Assembly: GCA_040377305.1 (NCBI GenBank)
Contig: JBEIPA010000015.1
Span: 66,842 to 130,841, forward strand
DNA from: Flavobacteriales bacterium
GTDB taxonomy: Bacteria > Bacteroidota > Bacteroidia > Palsa-965
DNA: 64,000 nucleotides
Direction of reading: 5' to 3'
The translations under genes were made by a program, and so were the position numbers. Each line of letters starts with the position of its first letter. Position 1 is the first letter of the stretch. The notes below the pieces were generated by a model. The model had not been told where the DNA came from. It saw only the letters and a program-made list of their open reading frames with translations, and did no database searches. Positions 21,451 through 31,606 of this stretch are shown piece by piece.

Positions 21451-22748
21451 CCAACTCTCCGTTGAGCATTCTGATTGTTAGTTATGTGTTCCCACCTTAT
21501 CCCGGAATTGGTGGAAGGCGTTGGACAAAATTCGCTAAGTATTTCAGAAAGCAAGGAGCGCCGGTTCAGGTGCTTTGTGCCAGAAATCCACTCCCGCAAC
21601 AATCGGTTTGGCTGAAGGACACGCAAGGTGTGCCTGTACATTACTTTGATAGCACTTATCCGCAATCAATGCTGACTCCACCGCATTCGGTGAAAGGTAA
21701 AGTGGGATATCGTTTTCAGCTTGCCCGAAGGAAAATGCAAGTGAAGGGAAATTACTACGATCGGGCAGGAACTGATAAGGAAGTTGTTTTGCAAAAGGCA
21801 TCGGAGCTCATTAGCAAGACGCAGGTAACACACGTGATCGTTACGGGTGCTCCTTTTCACCTTCTTCATCATTGTCTTTCACTGAAGAAAAAATTTCCGA
21901 ATCTTACACTGATCGCCGACATCCGCGATCCATGGACGAGCGACAAAACAATTTCCTCATTTATCTCACTGGATAGCGATCGGCAAGGTGAAGAAATTCG
22001 CATGGAGGAAGAGGTAGCCCGAGGATATGATCGCATTTATACCGTCGCCGAAGACCTTACGCAAGAATTCAATTTGAAATCCAAGGCCAACCAGACACGA
22101 ACATTGGTGAATGGATTTGATACAGAAGATGCATTGCGTCAATCGGAACCTGCAGCCTCAACAAGGGGAAAGATAAATCTTGTGTTTGCGGGAACTTTAT
22201 ATAATAACACGGATCATCTGGTTCGCGGTTTGATTGCAGGATTACAGCGGTATGAATCGCTACCGCAAAGTGAAAAGGAACAGATTATTTTAAATCTCGC
22301 TGGAGATATTCCTGATAAGTACCTGACACAGTTTAATGAACTTCGTGGTAAGAAATATGTTGATGTCGTTGTACATGGGCGCTTATCGTTAGACGATACG
22401 CAATTGTTGATTTCCTCTGCCGATTATTGTTTGCTTCTGGTTGCAAGAGGGTATGAGTTTTCGTTTAGTACAAAATTTCTGGAGTATGTAATGAACGGCA
22501 AGCAACTTCTGGTTTTTTCCGGTGAAGGTGCGCTTACTAACTATGTGAGTCGTAATGGCATCGGTAAAGTGTTTAATCCATCGCACATTGATAAGGAATT
22601 GTCAGAATACCTTTGTGGCGATGCTCAGCACAGAAGCAAGAGTTATCCGACAGAAAGTGTCAAGGAGTTTGATTTGCATTCAATTACTCAGGAATTGTTA
22701 CAAGACCTTCGAACATTGAAACCCTTAGCTAATACGCTGCAACCATGA
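21447..22748 (+). CDS. GT4-like glycosyltransferase
   Basis: SYVFPP...GGRRW, DIRDPW, NGFD, FAGTLY, TKFLEY. Confidence 0.82.
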   Translation: MTNSPLSILIVSYVFPPYPGIGGRRWTKFAKYFRKQGAPVQVLCARNPLPQQSVWLKDTQGVPVHYFDSTYPQSMLTPPHSVKGKVGYRFQLARRKMQVKGNYYDRAGTDKEVVLQKASELISKTQVTHVIVTGAPFHLLHHCLSLKKKFPNLTLIADIRDPWTSDKTISSFISLDSDRQGEEIRMEEEVARGYDRIYTVAEDLTQEFNLKSKANQTRTLVNGFDTEDALRQSEPAASTRGKINLVFAGTLYNNTDHLVRGLIAGLQRYESLPQSEKEQIILNLAGDIPDKYLTQFNELRGKKYVDVVVHGRLSLDDTQLLISSADYCLLLVARGYEFSFSTKFLEYVMNGKQLLVFSGEGALTNYVSRNGIGKVFNPSHIDKELSEYLCGDAQHRSKSYPTESVKEFDLHSITQELLQDLRTLKPLANTLQP

Positions 22749-23830
22749 AAATTTCAGTGATTGTAGGAACACGACCAAACTTTATCAAGGTTACCCAATT
22801 CCGTAGAGCAGCTTCTATGTTTGCCGGAATGGAATTGGAAATCATTCACACCGGTCAGCACTACGATGATAAAATGGCTCGCGTGTTTTTTGATCAGTTC
22901 GGACTTCACCCCGATCATTTTCTCGATGTACCTCCGGGTTCTCCGAATTCGCAAATGGCGGAAATAATGCTGAGGCTCGAAAGAAAGTTTACAGAACAAC
23001 GACCGGATGTTGTAATGGTAGCAGGAGACGTGAACTCCACACTCGCTGCTGCATTGACAGCAAACAAAATGGGAATTTCGCTTGCTCATGTGGAGAGCGG
23101 ATTAAGAAGCAATGATAGGAATATGCCTGAGGAATACAATCGCTTGCTGACCGATGAACTGAGCGATTATTTGTTCGTCACCGAAGATAGCGGAATGATC
23201 CACCTCAAGGCAGAAGGGAAGAAAGGCAAAATCTTCCTTGTTGGCAATACAATGATTGACACGCTTGTTGCTTATTGCGACGAGATTGATAAGTCGGACA
23301 TTCTCGATGTGATGCAGCTGAATGGAACGAAGTATATTCTGATGACTATGCATCGCCCTTCGAATGTCGATACCAAAGAAGGCCTTTCCTTGTTGCTGCA
23401 GGTCGTGAAGCGATTAACACCCGATTACAAAATTGTGTTTCCCGCTCACCCGCGAACCTTGAAGTTCATGGAGCAGTTCGGAATGTTGACGGAGTTCACG
23501 GATAACAAGCAACTGATTTTTTCAGCGCCGTTGGATTATTTCAGTTTTCAGAAATTGGTAAGCTCATCGGCATTTGTGCTAACTGACAGTGGAGGTATCC
23601 AGGAAGAAACAACATTCCTTCAGGTACCGTGCTTGACACTGCGTCCAAACACAGAGCGACCAGTAACTGTAGACGTAGGTTCGAACACGCTTTTACCGTT
23701 TGATCCGGATAAGATACTCCAGTATGTTTCAGATATACAATCGGGCAAGTATAAAAAAGGCAGTATTCCACCGCTGTGGGATGGGAAAGCAAGCGAACGT
23801 ATTTTCAGGATTATACAAGAATCCATTTGA
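22745..23830 (+). CDS. wecB: UDP-N-acetylglucosamine 2-epimerase (non-hydrolysing)
   Basis: GTRPNFIK, HTGQHYD, GDVNST, HVESGLRS, MPEEYNR, TDSGGIQEE, TERP, WDGKASER. Confidence 0.95.
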   Translation: MKISVIVGTRPNFIKVTQFRRAASMFAGMELEIIHTGQHYDDKMARVFFDQFGLHPDHFLDVPPGSPNSQMAEIMLRLERKFTEQRPDVVMVAGDVNSTLAAALTANKMGISLAHVESGLRSNDRNMPEEYNRLLTDELSDYLFVTEDSGMIHLKAEGKKGKIFLVGNTMIDTLVAYCDEIDKSDILDVMQLNGTKYILMTMHRPSNVDTKEGLSLLLQVVKRLTPDYKIVFPAHPRTLKFMEQFGMLTEFTDNKQLIFSAPLDYFSFQKLVSSSAFVLTDSGGIQEETTFLQVPCLTLRPNTERPVTVDVGSNTLLPFDPDKILQYVSDIQSGKYKKGSIPPLWDGKASERIFRIIQESI

Positions 23831-24921
23831 GACAAGTAATCTATCTGACGTTTAACGACAGTCCTGGTGGGATTTATTCTTCGCAGGTTATTGACACGTG
23901 TCGTTTTCTCGAGTCAGAAAAGATTGCAAACGTTCGCTTAGTGGCTTTTGTTTCTCTTCGAAAGTATTTCAGCTTTCGCAAAATCATCCGCAGTGCTTTT
24001 GGCAATTCAATAGTACTGCCCATGTGGCCGGGAATCCAGAACTGGAGAAAAAATCTAGGTAGACTTCGAAGAATTATCTCAAAAGCGAAGCCCGATGTGA
24101 TAATCTGCCGTGGAATATTTGCAACCAATCTTGCATTGGACAGCGGATGTAAAGTAAAAGTGTGCTTCGATGGACGTGGCGCTTATTTTTCGGAGTTCAG
24201 CGAATATGATGTGAGCAACGGACGTTTCAGTACGGCGGAAATAAAAGAACTTGAGCAGCGCGCGATCGGTGAAAGCAATTTTCGTTTAGCAGTTTCGAAT
24301 GCATTGATCAGTTACTGGAAAAAACAATACGCTTATAGCGACAATCGCCATGTAGTTATTCCGTGTACACTTGCACCGCATCATCTGAATAACAAGGAAT
24401 CCGGACGCACTGATTCGGAAATACGAATTGTATTTTCGGGTGGAACAGGAGGATGGCAAAGCCTGCAGGTGCTGGAAAGTATCCTGGCTCCCGCTTTTCG
24501 CAATGAACAACGTTTGCGGCTTGTTATACTTGCTAAAACCCTGCCCGATAATTTCACGATGGCGCGTGAGTTTCCGGGACGAATAAGCAATACCTGGCTA
24601 ACCGAAAAGGAAGTTCCTGCAGCATTATCGTCGTGCGATTATGGCTGGCTCGTCAGAGAAAATTCAGTAACGAACGAAGTAGCATCTCCGGTGAAGTTTG
24701 CCGAGTATCTTGCCGCAGGTTTACAGATAATTATCTCAAGGGACCTCGGAGATTTTTCCGCATTCGTTGAACAACATGGGTGTGGTATGCTGGTTGAAAC
24801 ACCTGTGATAAATGTCATTCCGGAAGTATCGGGATTGCAGAAAGCGCACAACAAACAACTCGCATTAAAACATTTTGTAAAACAAGTTTACAGAAAGGAG
24901 TTTTTAGAAATCTGCTCATGA
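23827..24921 (+). CDS. GT4-like glycosyltransferase
   Basis: GIYSSQV, FDGRG, VIPC, WQ, ASPVKFAEYLAAG; probable TTG start overlapping the wecB stop. Confidence 0.8.
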   Translation: MRQVIYLTFNDSPGGIYSSQVIDTCRFLESEKIANVRLVAFVSLRKYFSFRKIIRSAFGNSIVLPMWPGIQNWRKNLGRLRRIISKAKPDVIICRGIFATNLALDSGCKVKVCFDGRGAYFSEFSEYDVSNGRFSTAEIKELEQRAIGESNFRLAVSNALISYWKKQYAYSDNRHVVIPCTLAPHHLNNKESGRTDSEIRIVFSGGTGGWQSLQVLESILAPAFRNEQRLRLVILAKTLPDNFTMAREFPGRISNTWLTEKEVPAALSSCDYGWLVRENSVTNEVASPVKFAEYLAAGLQIIISRDLGDFSAFVEQHGCGMLVETPVINVIPEVSGLQKAHNKQLALKHFVKQVYRKEFLEICS

Positions 24922-26075
24922 GAATCGCACTACTTACGGATGGAATAACTCCTTACGTCACCGGCGGGATGCAACGGCATTCTTTCAATCTCTGTCGTAG
25001 CTTATCTGCAATGGGTGTGCATGTTGATTTGTACCATTGCGATCCACACAGACGAGGAGCTCATTCACTCGATTGCTTTACCGAAGAAGAGAGAAAGAAT
25101 ATTTCCGCAGAAGTGATTGAGTTTCCCAACCTCGGAAAAATCCCTGGTCATTATATTAAGGAATCATACGCGTATTCACGAAGCATTGCGAACGCGGTAC
25201 GGAAGAAGCCGGCGGTTGATTTTATTTATGCAAAAGGGTTTACCGGCTGGGAATTGCTGAATCTGAAATCAAAAGGTGCGAAGCTTCCCCCCATTGGCGT
25301 AAACCTGCATGGGTATGAGATGTTTCAGGTGCAACCTGATTTCCGCCAGCGCATAAGTGCAAAGTTGTTGTTGCGAGCTCCGGCTAAATTCAACACACAA
25401 AATGCCGATTATGTATTCTCTTACGGTTCAAAGATTACTGAGATAATAGCAAAACTTAATATTCCTCGCGAACGAATTGTGGAGATTCCGGCTGCTATCG
25501 GTACTGAATGGCTCGTGAAAAATATTTCTGAAGTGCATTCACCGGTGCAATTTTTATTCGTCGGCAGGGACGAGCGGAGAAAAGGGCTCATCGAATTGGC
25601 AGAAGCAATTCGTAAACTGCCAAGGGAAACCCGAAAGAAAGCCAGCTTCAGTTTCATGGGTCCGATCGCAAACAAGAACAAGGTGTCGGGCTGTGAGTAT
25701 TATGGAGAGGTACGGGAGGTAAATGAGATCCGGAAAATCTACTCCTCCTGTGATGTCTTGCTCCTTCCGAGTTACTCCGAGGGAATGCCGAATGTTGTGC
25801 TTGAAGCAATGGGTTCAGGGCTCGCAGTTGCTGCAACCAACGTTGGTGCTGTTGGATTGATGGTAAACAACGACAACGGTTGGATTATCGAACAGCCTTC
25901 TGTATCGGCAATTACGGAAGCGATTGACAGAATTGTGAACACAGATAAAGCTGAATTGATGAAAAGAAAGCTCAGTTCCCTACACAAAGCCAGTTCCGAA
26001 TTTACCTGGGACGTTATTGGAAAACAGACATTTGAGGCCATTCAGCGCTGTATTCAACGCCGCCAGAATTCCTGA
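24918..26075 (+). CDS. Glycosyltransferase family 4
   Basis: GGMQRH, FVGRDERRKG, PSYSEGMPNVVLEAM. Confidence 0.92.
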   Translation: MRIALLTDGITPYVTGGMQRHSFNLCRSLSAMGVHVDLYHCDPHRRGAHSLDCFTEEERKNISAEVIEFPNLGKIPGHYIKESYAYSRSIANAVRKKPAVDFIYAKGFTGWELLNLKSKGAKLPPIGVNLHGYEMFQVQPDFRQRISAKLLLRAPAKFNTQNADYVFSYGSKITEIIAKLNIPRERIVEIPAAIGTEWLVKNISEVHSPVQFLFVGRDERRKGLIELAEAIRKLPRETRKKASFSFMGPIANKNKVSGCEYYGEVREVNEIRKIYSSCDVLLLPSYSEGMPNVVLEAMGSGLAVAATNVGAVGLMVNNDNGWIIEQPSVSAITEAIDRIVNTDKAELMKRKLSSLHKASSEFTWDVIGKQTFEAIQRCIQRRQNS

Positions 26076-26121
26076 TTCTTTTGCGGGCACAAAAGCTAAC
26101 TTTAATGCCAATTAGATCGCC

Positions 26122-27489
26122 GTGGTAGAATACCTTAAGTCTGAAAAAGCATTCCTGTTCCTATTAGCTATGTGGATAGTAGCGGGTGTACTTTTTAAAC
26201 CCCTGGCACTTGCGATTATTCCCATTACGTTACTGTTGTTGCGCGGCAAAAAGCAGTATCACTACATGCTGCTCGGGTTGTTTGTCATTCTAACGTTGTC
26301 TGATAGCCGACAGAATTTTCTCGGGTTCGCAGCAAGTATTAAGGATATTTACATTCTATTCCTTTTCATTTTTCTGATTACAGACCGCCAATCGTTTTCT
26401 CCCATGGAGAAAATTGTTAACCGTTTTATTCCGTACATAATACTCGCAACATTCTTTGTGGTGTTCAGCGACATCATTGTAACAAGCTTACAGAAAACAC
26501 TTTCTTATGTTCTCCTGCTCATTGTGGTGCCGAACTATGTGATCTATACATGGCGCACTTTAGGATTTCATGCAATCAGATCGTTTATTTTTACTGCCGT
26601 CCTGCTATTACTCGTTGGATTCGTCTTTCGTGTACTCTCGCCCGGAATTGTGACACTTGCCGGGCGCTATTCAGGCATTCTTGGCAACCCGAACGGACTT
26701 GGTCTTTTCTGTACACTGCTGTTTATTGTTTTTACGGTTGCACGTGACATTTTCCCTGACCTCTTTTCGAATAAGGAAAAATATGTAGTCTGGGGCGCCA
26801 TTCTGATTTCACTTTACCTGAGCGGATCACGCAGCGCGATTTTTACCATCGGACTATTTATCATCATCGGGTACTTTTACAAGATCACGCCGTTTCTTGG
26901 CGTCCTCGTTTTCCTTGTCATGGTATTGGTGTACCAGCTCATCCTCGTCAATATTGAATCGGTAATTGTTTTCTTCAACCTGCAGGAGTACTTCAGGCTT
27001 GAAACTTTCCAGAACGCTTCAGGTCGATTAATTGCATGGGACTTTGCATGGGATCAGATCACTGAAAATCCACTTTTAGGAAAGGGTGTCGGTCACACCG
27101 AATATGTCTTCCGCAAGAATTATGATTTTCTTGCAGCGCTGGGGCACCAGGGTAATGCCCACAATTCATTCCTGACATTCTGGATAGACACCGGATTGTT
27201 TGGTGTACTTTCTTATCTATTTGCGTTCATTTCATTTTTCGTTACGGGAGCAAGAAGATCGCGACTCGCAATACCTGCCATGCTGGCGATTTTGTTCAGT
27301 GCATTTTTCGAATCGTGGCTCACCGCTTCCCTGAATCCGTTCACAATTCAGTTGGTCGTCCTTATTACAATTTTGATTTCCCCGGCATTTTCGGAAGAGC
27401 ACATTGAAGCAATGGAAGAGGAATCGGAAGAGGAGGGAGAGTTCGATGAAGAAAGTGAAACGGAGTCACCGTACACAGAACCAATATGA
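26122..27489 (+). CDS. O-antigen ligase/polymerase (Wzy_C) family membrane protein
   Basis: About 11-12 hydrophobic segments; GNPNGLG, SGSRS, SGRLIAW, GKGVG, AHNSF. Confidence 0.88.
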   Translation: MVEYLKSEKAFLFLLAMWIVAGVLFKPLALAIIPITLLLLRGKKQYHYMLLGLFVILTLSDSRQNFLGFAASIKDIYILFLFIFLITDRQSFSPMEKIVNRFIPYIILATFFVVFSDIIVTSLQKTLSYVLLLIVVPNYVIYTWRTLGFHAIRSFIFTAVLLLLVGFVFRVLSPGIVTLAGRYSGILGNPNGLGLFCTLLFIVFTVARDIFPDLFSNKEKYVVWGAILISLYLSGSRSAIFTIGLFIIIGYFYKITPFLGVLVFLVMVLVYQLILVNIESVIVFFNLQEYFRLETFQNASGRLIAWDFAWDQITENPLLGKGVGHTEYVFRKNYDFLAALGHQGNAHNSFLTFWIDTGLFGVLSYLFAFISFFVTGARRSRLAIPAMLAILFSAFFESWLTASLNPFTIQLVVLITILISPAFSEEHIEAMEEESEEEGEFDEESETESPYTEPI

Positions 27490-28544
27490 AGCCCACGAAG
27501 ATTCTGATCTTGTACAGTGAGATAGCAGGTTACACATTAAGCTGTCTGGAAACACTCGTGCATGTGCATCCGAATGTGGAAGTCCATCTTGTGCGTTGGC
27601 CTGTGAATGCTGAAGCTCCCTTTGCGTTTGACTTCGGAGATTCTCTTAAACAGTACCTCCGCACGGATTTCAAAGATGACAGCTTACTGGAACTGAGTAA
27701 GGGAATATCTCCGGATCTCATTCTCTGCAGTGGTTGGATTGACAAAGCCTACCTCGCTGTATGCAAACATTGGCGTGATCAGATTCCTGTTGTCCTTACA
27801 ATGGATAACAAATGGACTGGTTCGCTGAAACAACAAATTGCATGCATGTTCTCTGCAATGCTGGTGCGTAAATATTTTAATGCCTGCTGGGTTCCTGGCG
27901 AACAGCAAAAGGTTTTCGCACTGAAGCTTGGTTTTGTTAATGCTCAGATACGTATAGGTTTTTATTCCTGCGATCTTGCTTCGTACAACATGGTTTATTC
28001 CAGTTCGCACAGTTTGAAAATGAAAACCTATCCGAAGGCATTTATTTACGCTGGCAGGTTTTATAATTTCAAAGGCGTAAACGAACTATGGGAAGCGTTC
28101 CGCTTGTTTCGTCAGGAAAATACACAGTGGAAATTAGTGTGTATAGGCAATGGCGATCAGGCACCACCAACGGTAGACGGACTAGAATGCATGAAGTTTA
28201 TGCAGCCGGAAGAACTGCGTGTTTTAATGGAACGAACCGGAGTGTTTATCATGCCGAGTAAAGTTGAGCCGTGGGGTGTAGTGGCACACGAATTTGCTGC
28301 AGCAGGATTTCCCTTACTTCTTAGCAACGCGGTAGGATCATCAACAGCGTTTCTGCGAAACAACATAAACGGGTTTTCATTTGAAGCGGGGAGCGTAATT
28401 GAAATCTTGTCCGCAATGAGAAAAGTTGCGACGCTTACTAAAGAGCAACTCGTTCAGATGGGAGTTGAAAGTCATGCACTCGCGCAACAAATTTCGCCTG
28501 CACAATGGTCTTCGGTGCTTATGAGTTTTCTTCCCAAGTCCTGA
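27486..28544 (+). CDS. Glycosyltransferase family 4
   Basis: SGW, YAGR...KG, PSKVEPWGVVAHE, VGS. Confidence 0.9.
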   Translation: MKPTKILILYSEIAGYTLSCLETLVHVHPNVEVHLVRWPVNAEAPFAFDFGDSLKQYLRTDFKDDSLLELSKGISPDLILCSGWIDKAYLAVCKHWRDQIPVVLTMDNKWTGSLKQQIACMFSAMLVRKYFNACWVPGEQQKVFALKLGFVNAQIRIGFYSCDLASYNMVYSSSHSLKMKTYPKAFIYAGRFYNFKGVNELWEAFRLFRQENTQWKLVCIGNGDQAPPTVDGLECMKFMQPEELRVLMERTGVFIMPSKVEPWGVVAHEFAAAGFPLLLSNAVGSSTAFLRNNINGFSFEAGSVIEILSAMRKVATLTKEQLVQMGVESHALAQQISPAQWSSVLMSFLPKS

Positions 28545-28557
28545 CTATCTTTATTCT

Positions 28558-30417
28558 ATGTGCGGAATCTCCGGTATTTTCTCTTTCTCGAATCAATCAG
28601 GACTCTCAGATCGGGTTGGGAGGATGAACGATTGCATTGCACATCGTGGACCGGATGATGCTGGAATTTTCGCAGAGGCGAATGTCGTACTTGGTCATCG
28701 GCGTTTATCGATAATTGACTTGTCGGCGGCAGGACATCAACCCATGTATTCACACAACAATCAGTTTGTGCTCGTTTACAATGGTGAGATCTACAACTTC
28801 GAAGAAGTTAAATCGCAACTGCGTATAAATACGAAAACAAAATCCGACAGTGAAGTACTTCTCGAAGCATGGGTGCAAAAAGGTCCTGCGTGTCTTGATT
28901 TGCTGAACGGTATGTTTGCATTCGCGGTGTACGACAAAGCATCAGAAGAATTGCATGTGGTGCGCGATAGACTGGGAATAAAACCAGTTTACTACAAAGA
29001 AACATCTACGGAAATTGCATTTGCTTCAGAGATTCGTGCTGTGCTCGCTGCTGATGAAACAGAAAACAGACTCAATCCTGATGCATTGGTCGATTACCTG
29101 CGATATCAGACTGTACACGCACCTCACACAATTGTGGAAGGCGTGCGTATGCTGATGCCTGGTCATCGGATGGTGATCAACTCAAAAGGAGTGAACTTTA
29201 TTGAATGGTGGAAACCTGCTGTCCGGCCGTCCGCTTTATCGTATGAAGAGGCGAAGAAACAAACACGTGAACTGCTGAAAGCTTCCGTAAAACGCAGACT
29301 GGTTGCCGATGTTCCATTCGGTGCTTTCTTAAGCGGAGGAATTGATTCAAGTGCAGTTGTTGCGATGATGAGTGAAGTTTCATCTCAGCCGGTAAAAACG
29401 TTTTGTGTAACATTCGACGAATCGGAATACAGCGAGGCGAAATATGCAAAACTGATCGCGGAAAAATATAAAACTGAACATACTGAAATCCACCTGAAGC
29501 CGGCTGACTTCCTGCAAGAGCTACCACAAGCGTTGGACGCAATGGATCATCCAAGTGGCGATGGAATCAATACGTATGTGGTGTCAAAAGCAACACGAAA
29601 TGCCGGAATAACGATGGCACTTTCAGGTTTGGGTGGCGATGAACTATTTGCCGGCTACGATGTTTTCAGGCGAGTAACGGAAGTGCAGAGCAAGTCATGG
29701 TTGAATACTATACCACGTCCGATCAGGAAAGTGGGTTCTTCTTTATTGAAAGCCACAGGTAAAACTGCAGCGAAAGAAAAAGCTGCTCATGTTTTGTCAC
29801 TTCCCCGGATTGATTTCAGATCATTTTATCCTGTAACGCGACAAGTTCTATTGGACGAGCAAATTGCAGTATTGCTGACTTCATCCGCGAATACGCGAAA
29901 CAGTGTCGCGATGATCGTTGATTCGTTGTGTGTCGATTGCGACAACCAGCATCTGCTCTCTTGTGTTTCTAAGGCAGAGATTGCAACTTACATGCAAAAT
30001 GTTTTGTTGCGCGATGCAGATCAGATGAGTATGGCAAGTGCACTCGAAGTTCGAGTTCCGTTTTTGGATTACACACTCGTCGAATTTGCGCTCAGTCTTT
30101 CTGATGACATCAAATTCCCGCATACGGCAAAAAAATTGTTAGTAGATGCCTTGCGTGATGAGTTGCCACCGGAAATTACTGACCGTAAAAAAATGGGTTT
30201 CGTTTTTCCATGGGAACAATGGATGCGCAATGAACTCAAAGATTTCTGCGCGAATCGAATTTTGTGGCTTCAGAATAATGTAGCACAGCTCGACTCCGCG
30301 GGAATACACAACCTTTGGAATAGCTTTTTATCGGGCGATAAGCGTGTAACCTGGTCGCGCATTTGGCCACTTGTTGTCTTGTCTCACTGGATGCAAAAAA
30401 ACAACGTGCGTGGCTAA
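28558..30417 (+). CDS. asnB: Asparagine synthase-like glutamine amidotransferase (glycan amidation, WbpS-like)
   Basis: MCGI, HRGPD, HRRLSIID, RDRLGIKP, FLSGGIDSS, GLGGDELFAGY, LEVRVPFLD. Confidence 0.93.
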   Translation: MCGISGIFSFSNQSGLSDRVGRMNDCIAHRGPDDAGIFAEANVVLGHRRLSIIDLSAAGHQPMYSHNNQFVLVYNGEIYNFEEVKSQLRINTKTKSDSEVLLEAWVQKGPACLDLLNGMFAFAVYDKASEELHVVRDRLGIKPVYYKETSTEIAFASEIRAVLAADETENRLNPDALVDYLRYQTVHAPHTIVEGVRMLMPGHRMVINSKGVNFIEWWKPAVRPSALSYEEAKKQTRELLKASVKRRLVADVPFGAFLSGGIDSSAVVAMMSEVSSQPVKTFCVTFDESEYSEAKYAKLIAEKYKTEHTEIHLKPADFLQELPQALDAMDHPSGDGINTYVVSKATRNAGITMALSGLGGDELFAGYDVFRRVTEVQSKSWLNTIPRPIRKVGSSLLKATGKTAAKEKAAHVLSLPRIDFRSFYPVTRQVLLDEQIAVLLTSSANTRNSVAMIVDSLCVDCDNQHLLSCVSKAEIATYMQNVLLRDADQMSMASALEVRVPFLDYTLVEFALSLSDDIKFPHTAKKLLVDALRDELPPEITDRKKMGFVFPWEQWMRNELKDFCANRILWLQNNVAQLDSAGIHNLWNSFLSGDKRVTWSRIWPLVVLSHWMQKNNVRG

Positions 30418-31549
30418 ACGGAAAAAGATATTGATCGTGGTTGATTGGTATCTGCCTGCGGTGAAAGCAGGAGGACCCGTGCGTTCCATAGCGGCAATTG
30501 TCGAAAGACTGAAATCTGAATTCGATTTTGCCATCGTTACTTCTGATCGTGATTTGGGTGATGTACAACCTTACGAGGGAATTGAGTTGGATCAGTGGAT
30601 AACCGCACCTGACGGAACACGTACGTGGTATATACATCGACTGTCTCCGTTCAATGTAATTTTTGCAGAAATTCTGAAAGAGGAATTGCCTGATTATGTT
30701 TACGTCAACGGTATCTTCTCTGAGTTCTCGAGAAATGCGATTCGACTTGCTAAGAAACGGAGCATTCCTGTTCTCGTTGCACCACGAGGAATGCTTGGGA
30801 AAGGTGCGCTTGAAATCAAATCGCTGAAGAAGAAACTCTTTCTGCGATTTGCGAAGTTTACATCTCTCTTTGCTGGAGTCTCGTGGCATGCTTCCTCAGA
30901 GCAGGAGAAGCTGGAAATTCGGGAGAAATTTCCTGATGCGGCTGTGAAAGTTGCTCTCAATCTGGCTTTGCAAACATCCTCAACCCGACAGCACTCAACC
31001 AAGATCAGAGATCAGCTTAACGTAATTTTCCTGTCGCGAATTTCGCCGAAAAAGAATCTCGATTACGCATTGCAGGCTTTGAATGAAACGAATTCATCTT
31101 CGCAGATATCATTGGATATATACGGACCGATTGAAGACGAGGAATACTGGAAACTTTGTCTGAAAACTTCACGCGGTGCACCACCTCATGTAAAAGTGGT
31201 TTATCATCATGCAATTGCTCCTGAAAAAATTGGCGATGCAATGGCGAGAGCAGATCTATTTGTTTTTCCAACGCTCCACGAAAATTTTGGGCATGTCATT
31301 CTTGAATCGTTGAGTTGCGGAGTTCCTGTTCTTATCTCCGACCAAACTCCGTGGAGAAATCTCACTAAGGACAAAGCCGGTTGGGATCTTGCGCTTAGTG
31401 ATCCGAAAGGTTTTGCTGCCATCATAGACAAGGTCGCAGCCATGGATGAATCTGAACTAGCAGAGTGGAGGAGGGGCGCGAAAGAATTTGCATCCCGGTA
31501 TTCGAATGACGAGAAGTTGGTTGAATTGAATCGGAATCTATTCAACTAA
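30410..31549 (+). CDS. Glycosyltransferase family 4
   Basis: KAGGPVRS, APRGML, SRISPKKNL, HENFGHVILE, TPW; GTG start at 30410. Confidence 0.9.
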   Translation: MAKRKKILIVVDWYLPAVKAGGPVRSIAAIVERLKSEFDFAIVTSDRDLGDVQPYEGIELDQWITAPDGTRTWYIHRLSPFNVIFAEILKEELPDYVYVNGIFSEFSRNAIRLAKKRSIPVLVAPRGMLGKGALEIKSLKKKLFLRFAKFTSLFAGVSWHASSEQEKLEIREKFPDAAVKVALNLALQTSSTRQHSTKIRDQLNVIFLSRISPKKNLDYALQALNETNSSSQISLDIYGPIEDEEYWKLCLKTSRGAPPHVKVVYHHAIAPEKIGDAMARADLFVFPTLHENFGHVILESLSCGVPVLISDQTPWRNLTKDKAGWDLALSDPKGFAAIIDKVAAMDESELAEWRRGAKEFASRYSNDEKLVELNRNLFN

Positions 31550-31570
31550 TCTAACGCCTCCAACTATTAC

Positions 31571-31605
31571 ACTGCTGACTGCCCGACTGCTGACTGTACG
31601 ACTGA
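31571..31605. repeat. Heptamer tandem repeat (ACTGCTG/ACTGCCCG) between convergent genes
   Basis: actgctg actgcccg actgctg actgtacg actg read directly. Confidence 0.7.
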
Positions 31606-31606
31606 A

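Noticed and set aside
28558-30417. Housekeeping asparagine synthesis or lasso-peptide cyclase
   Set aside because: Flanked by GT4 genes; no precursor peptide or B protein nearby; glycan amidotransferase fits better
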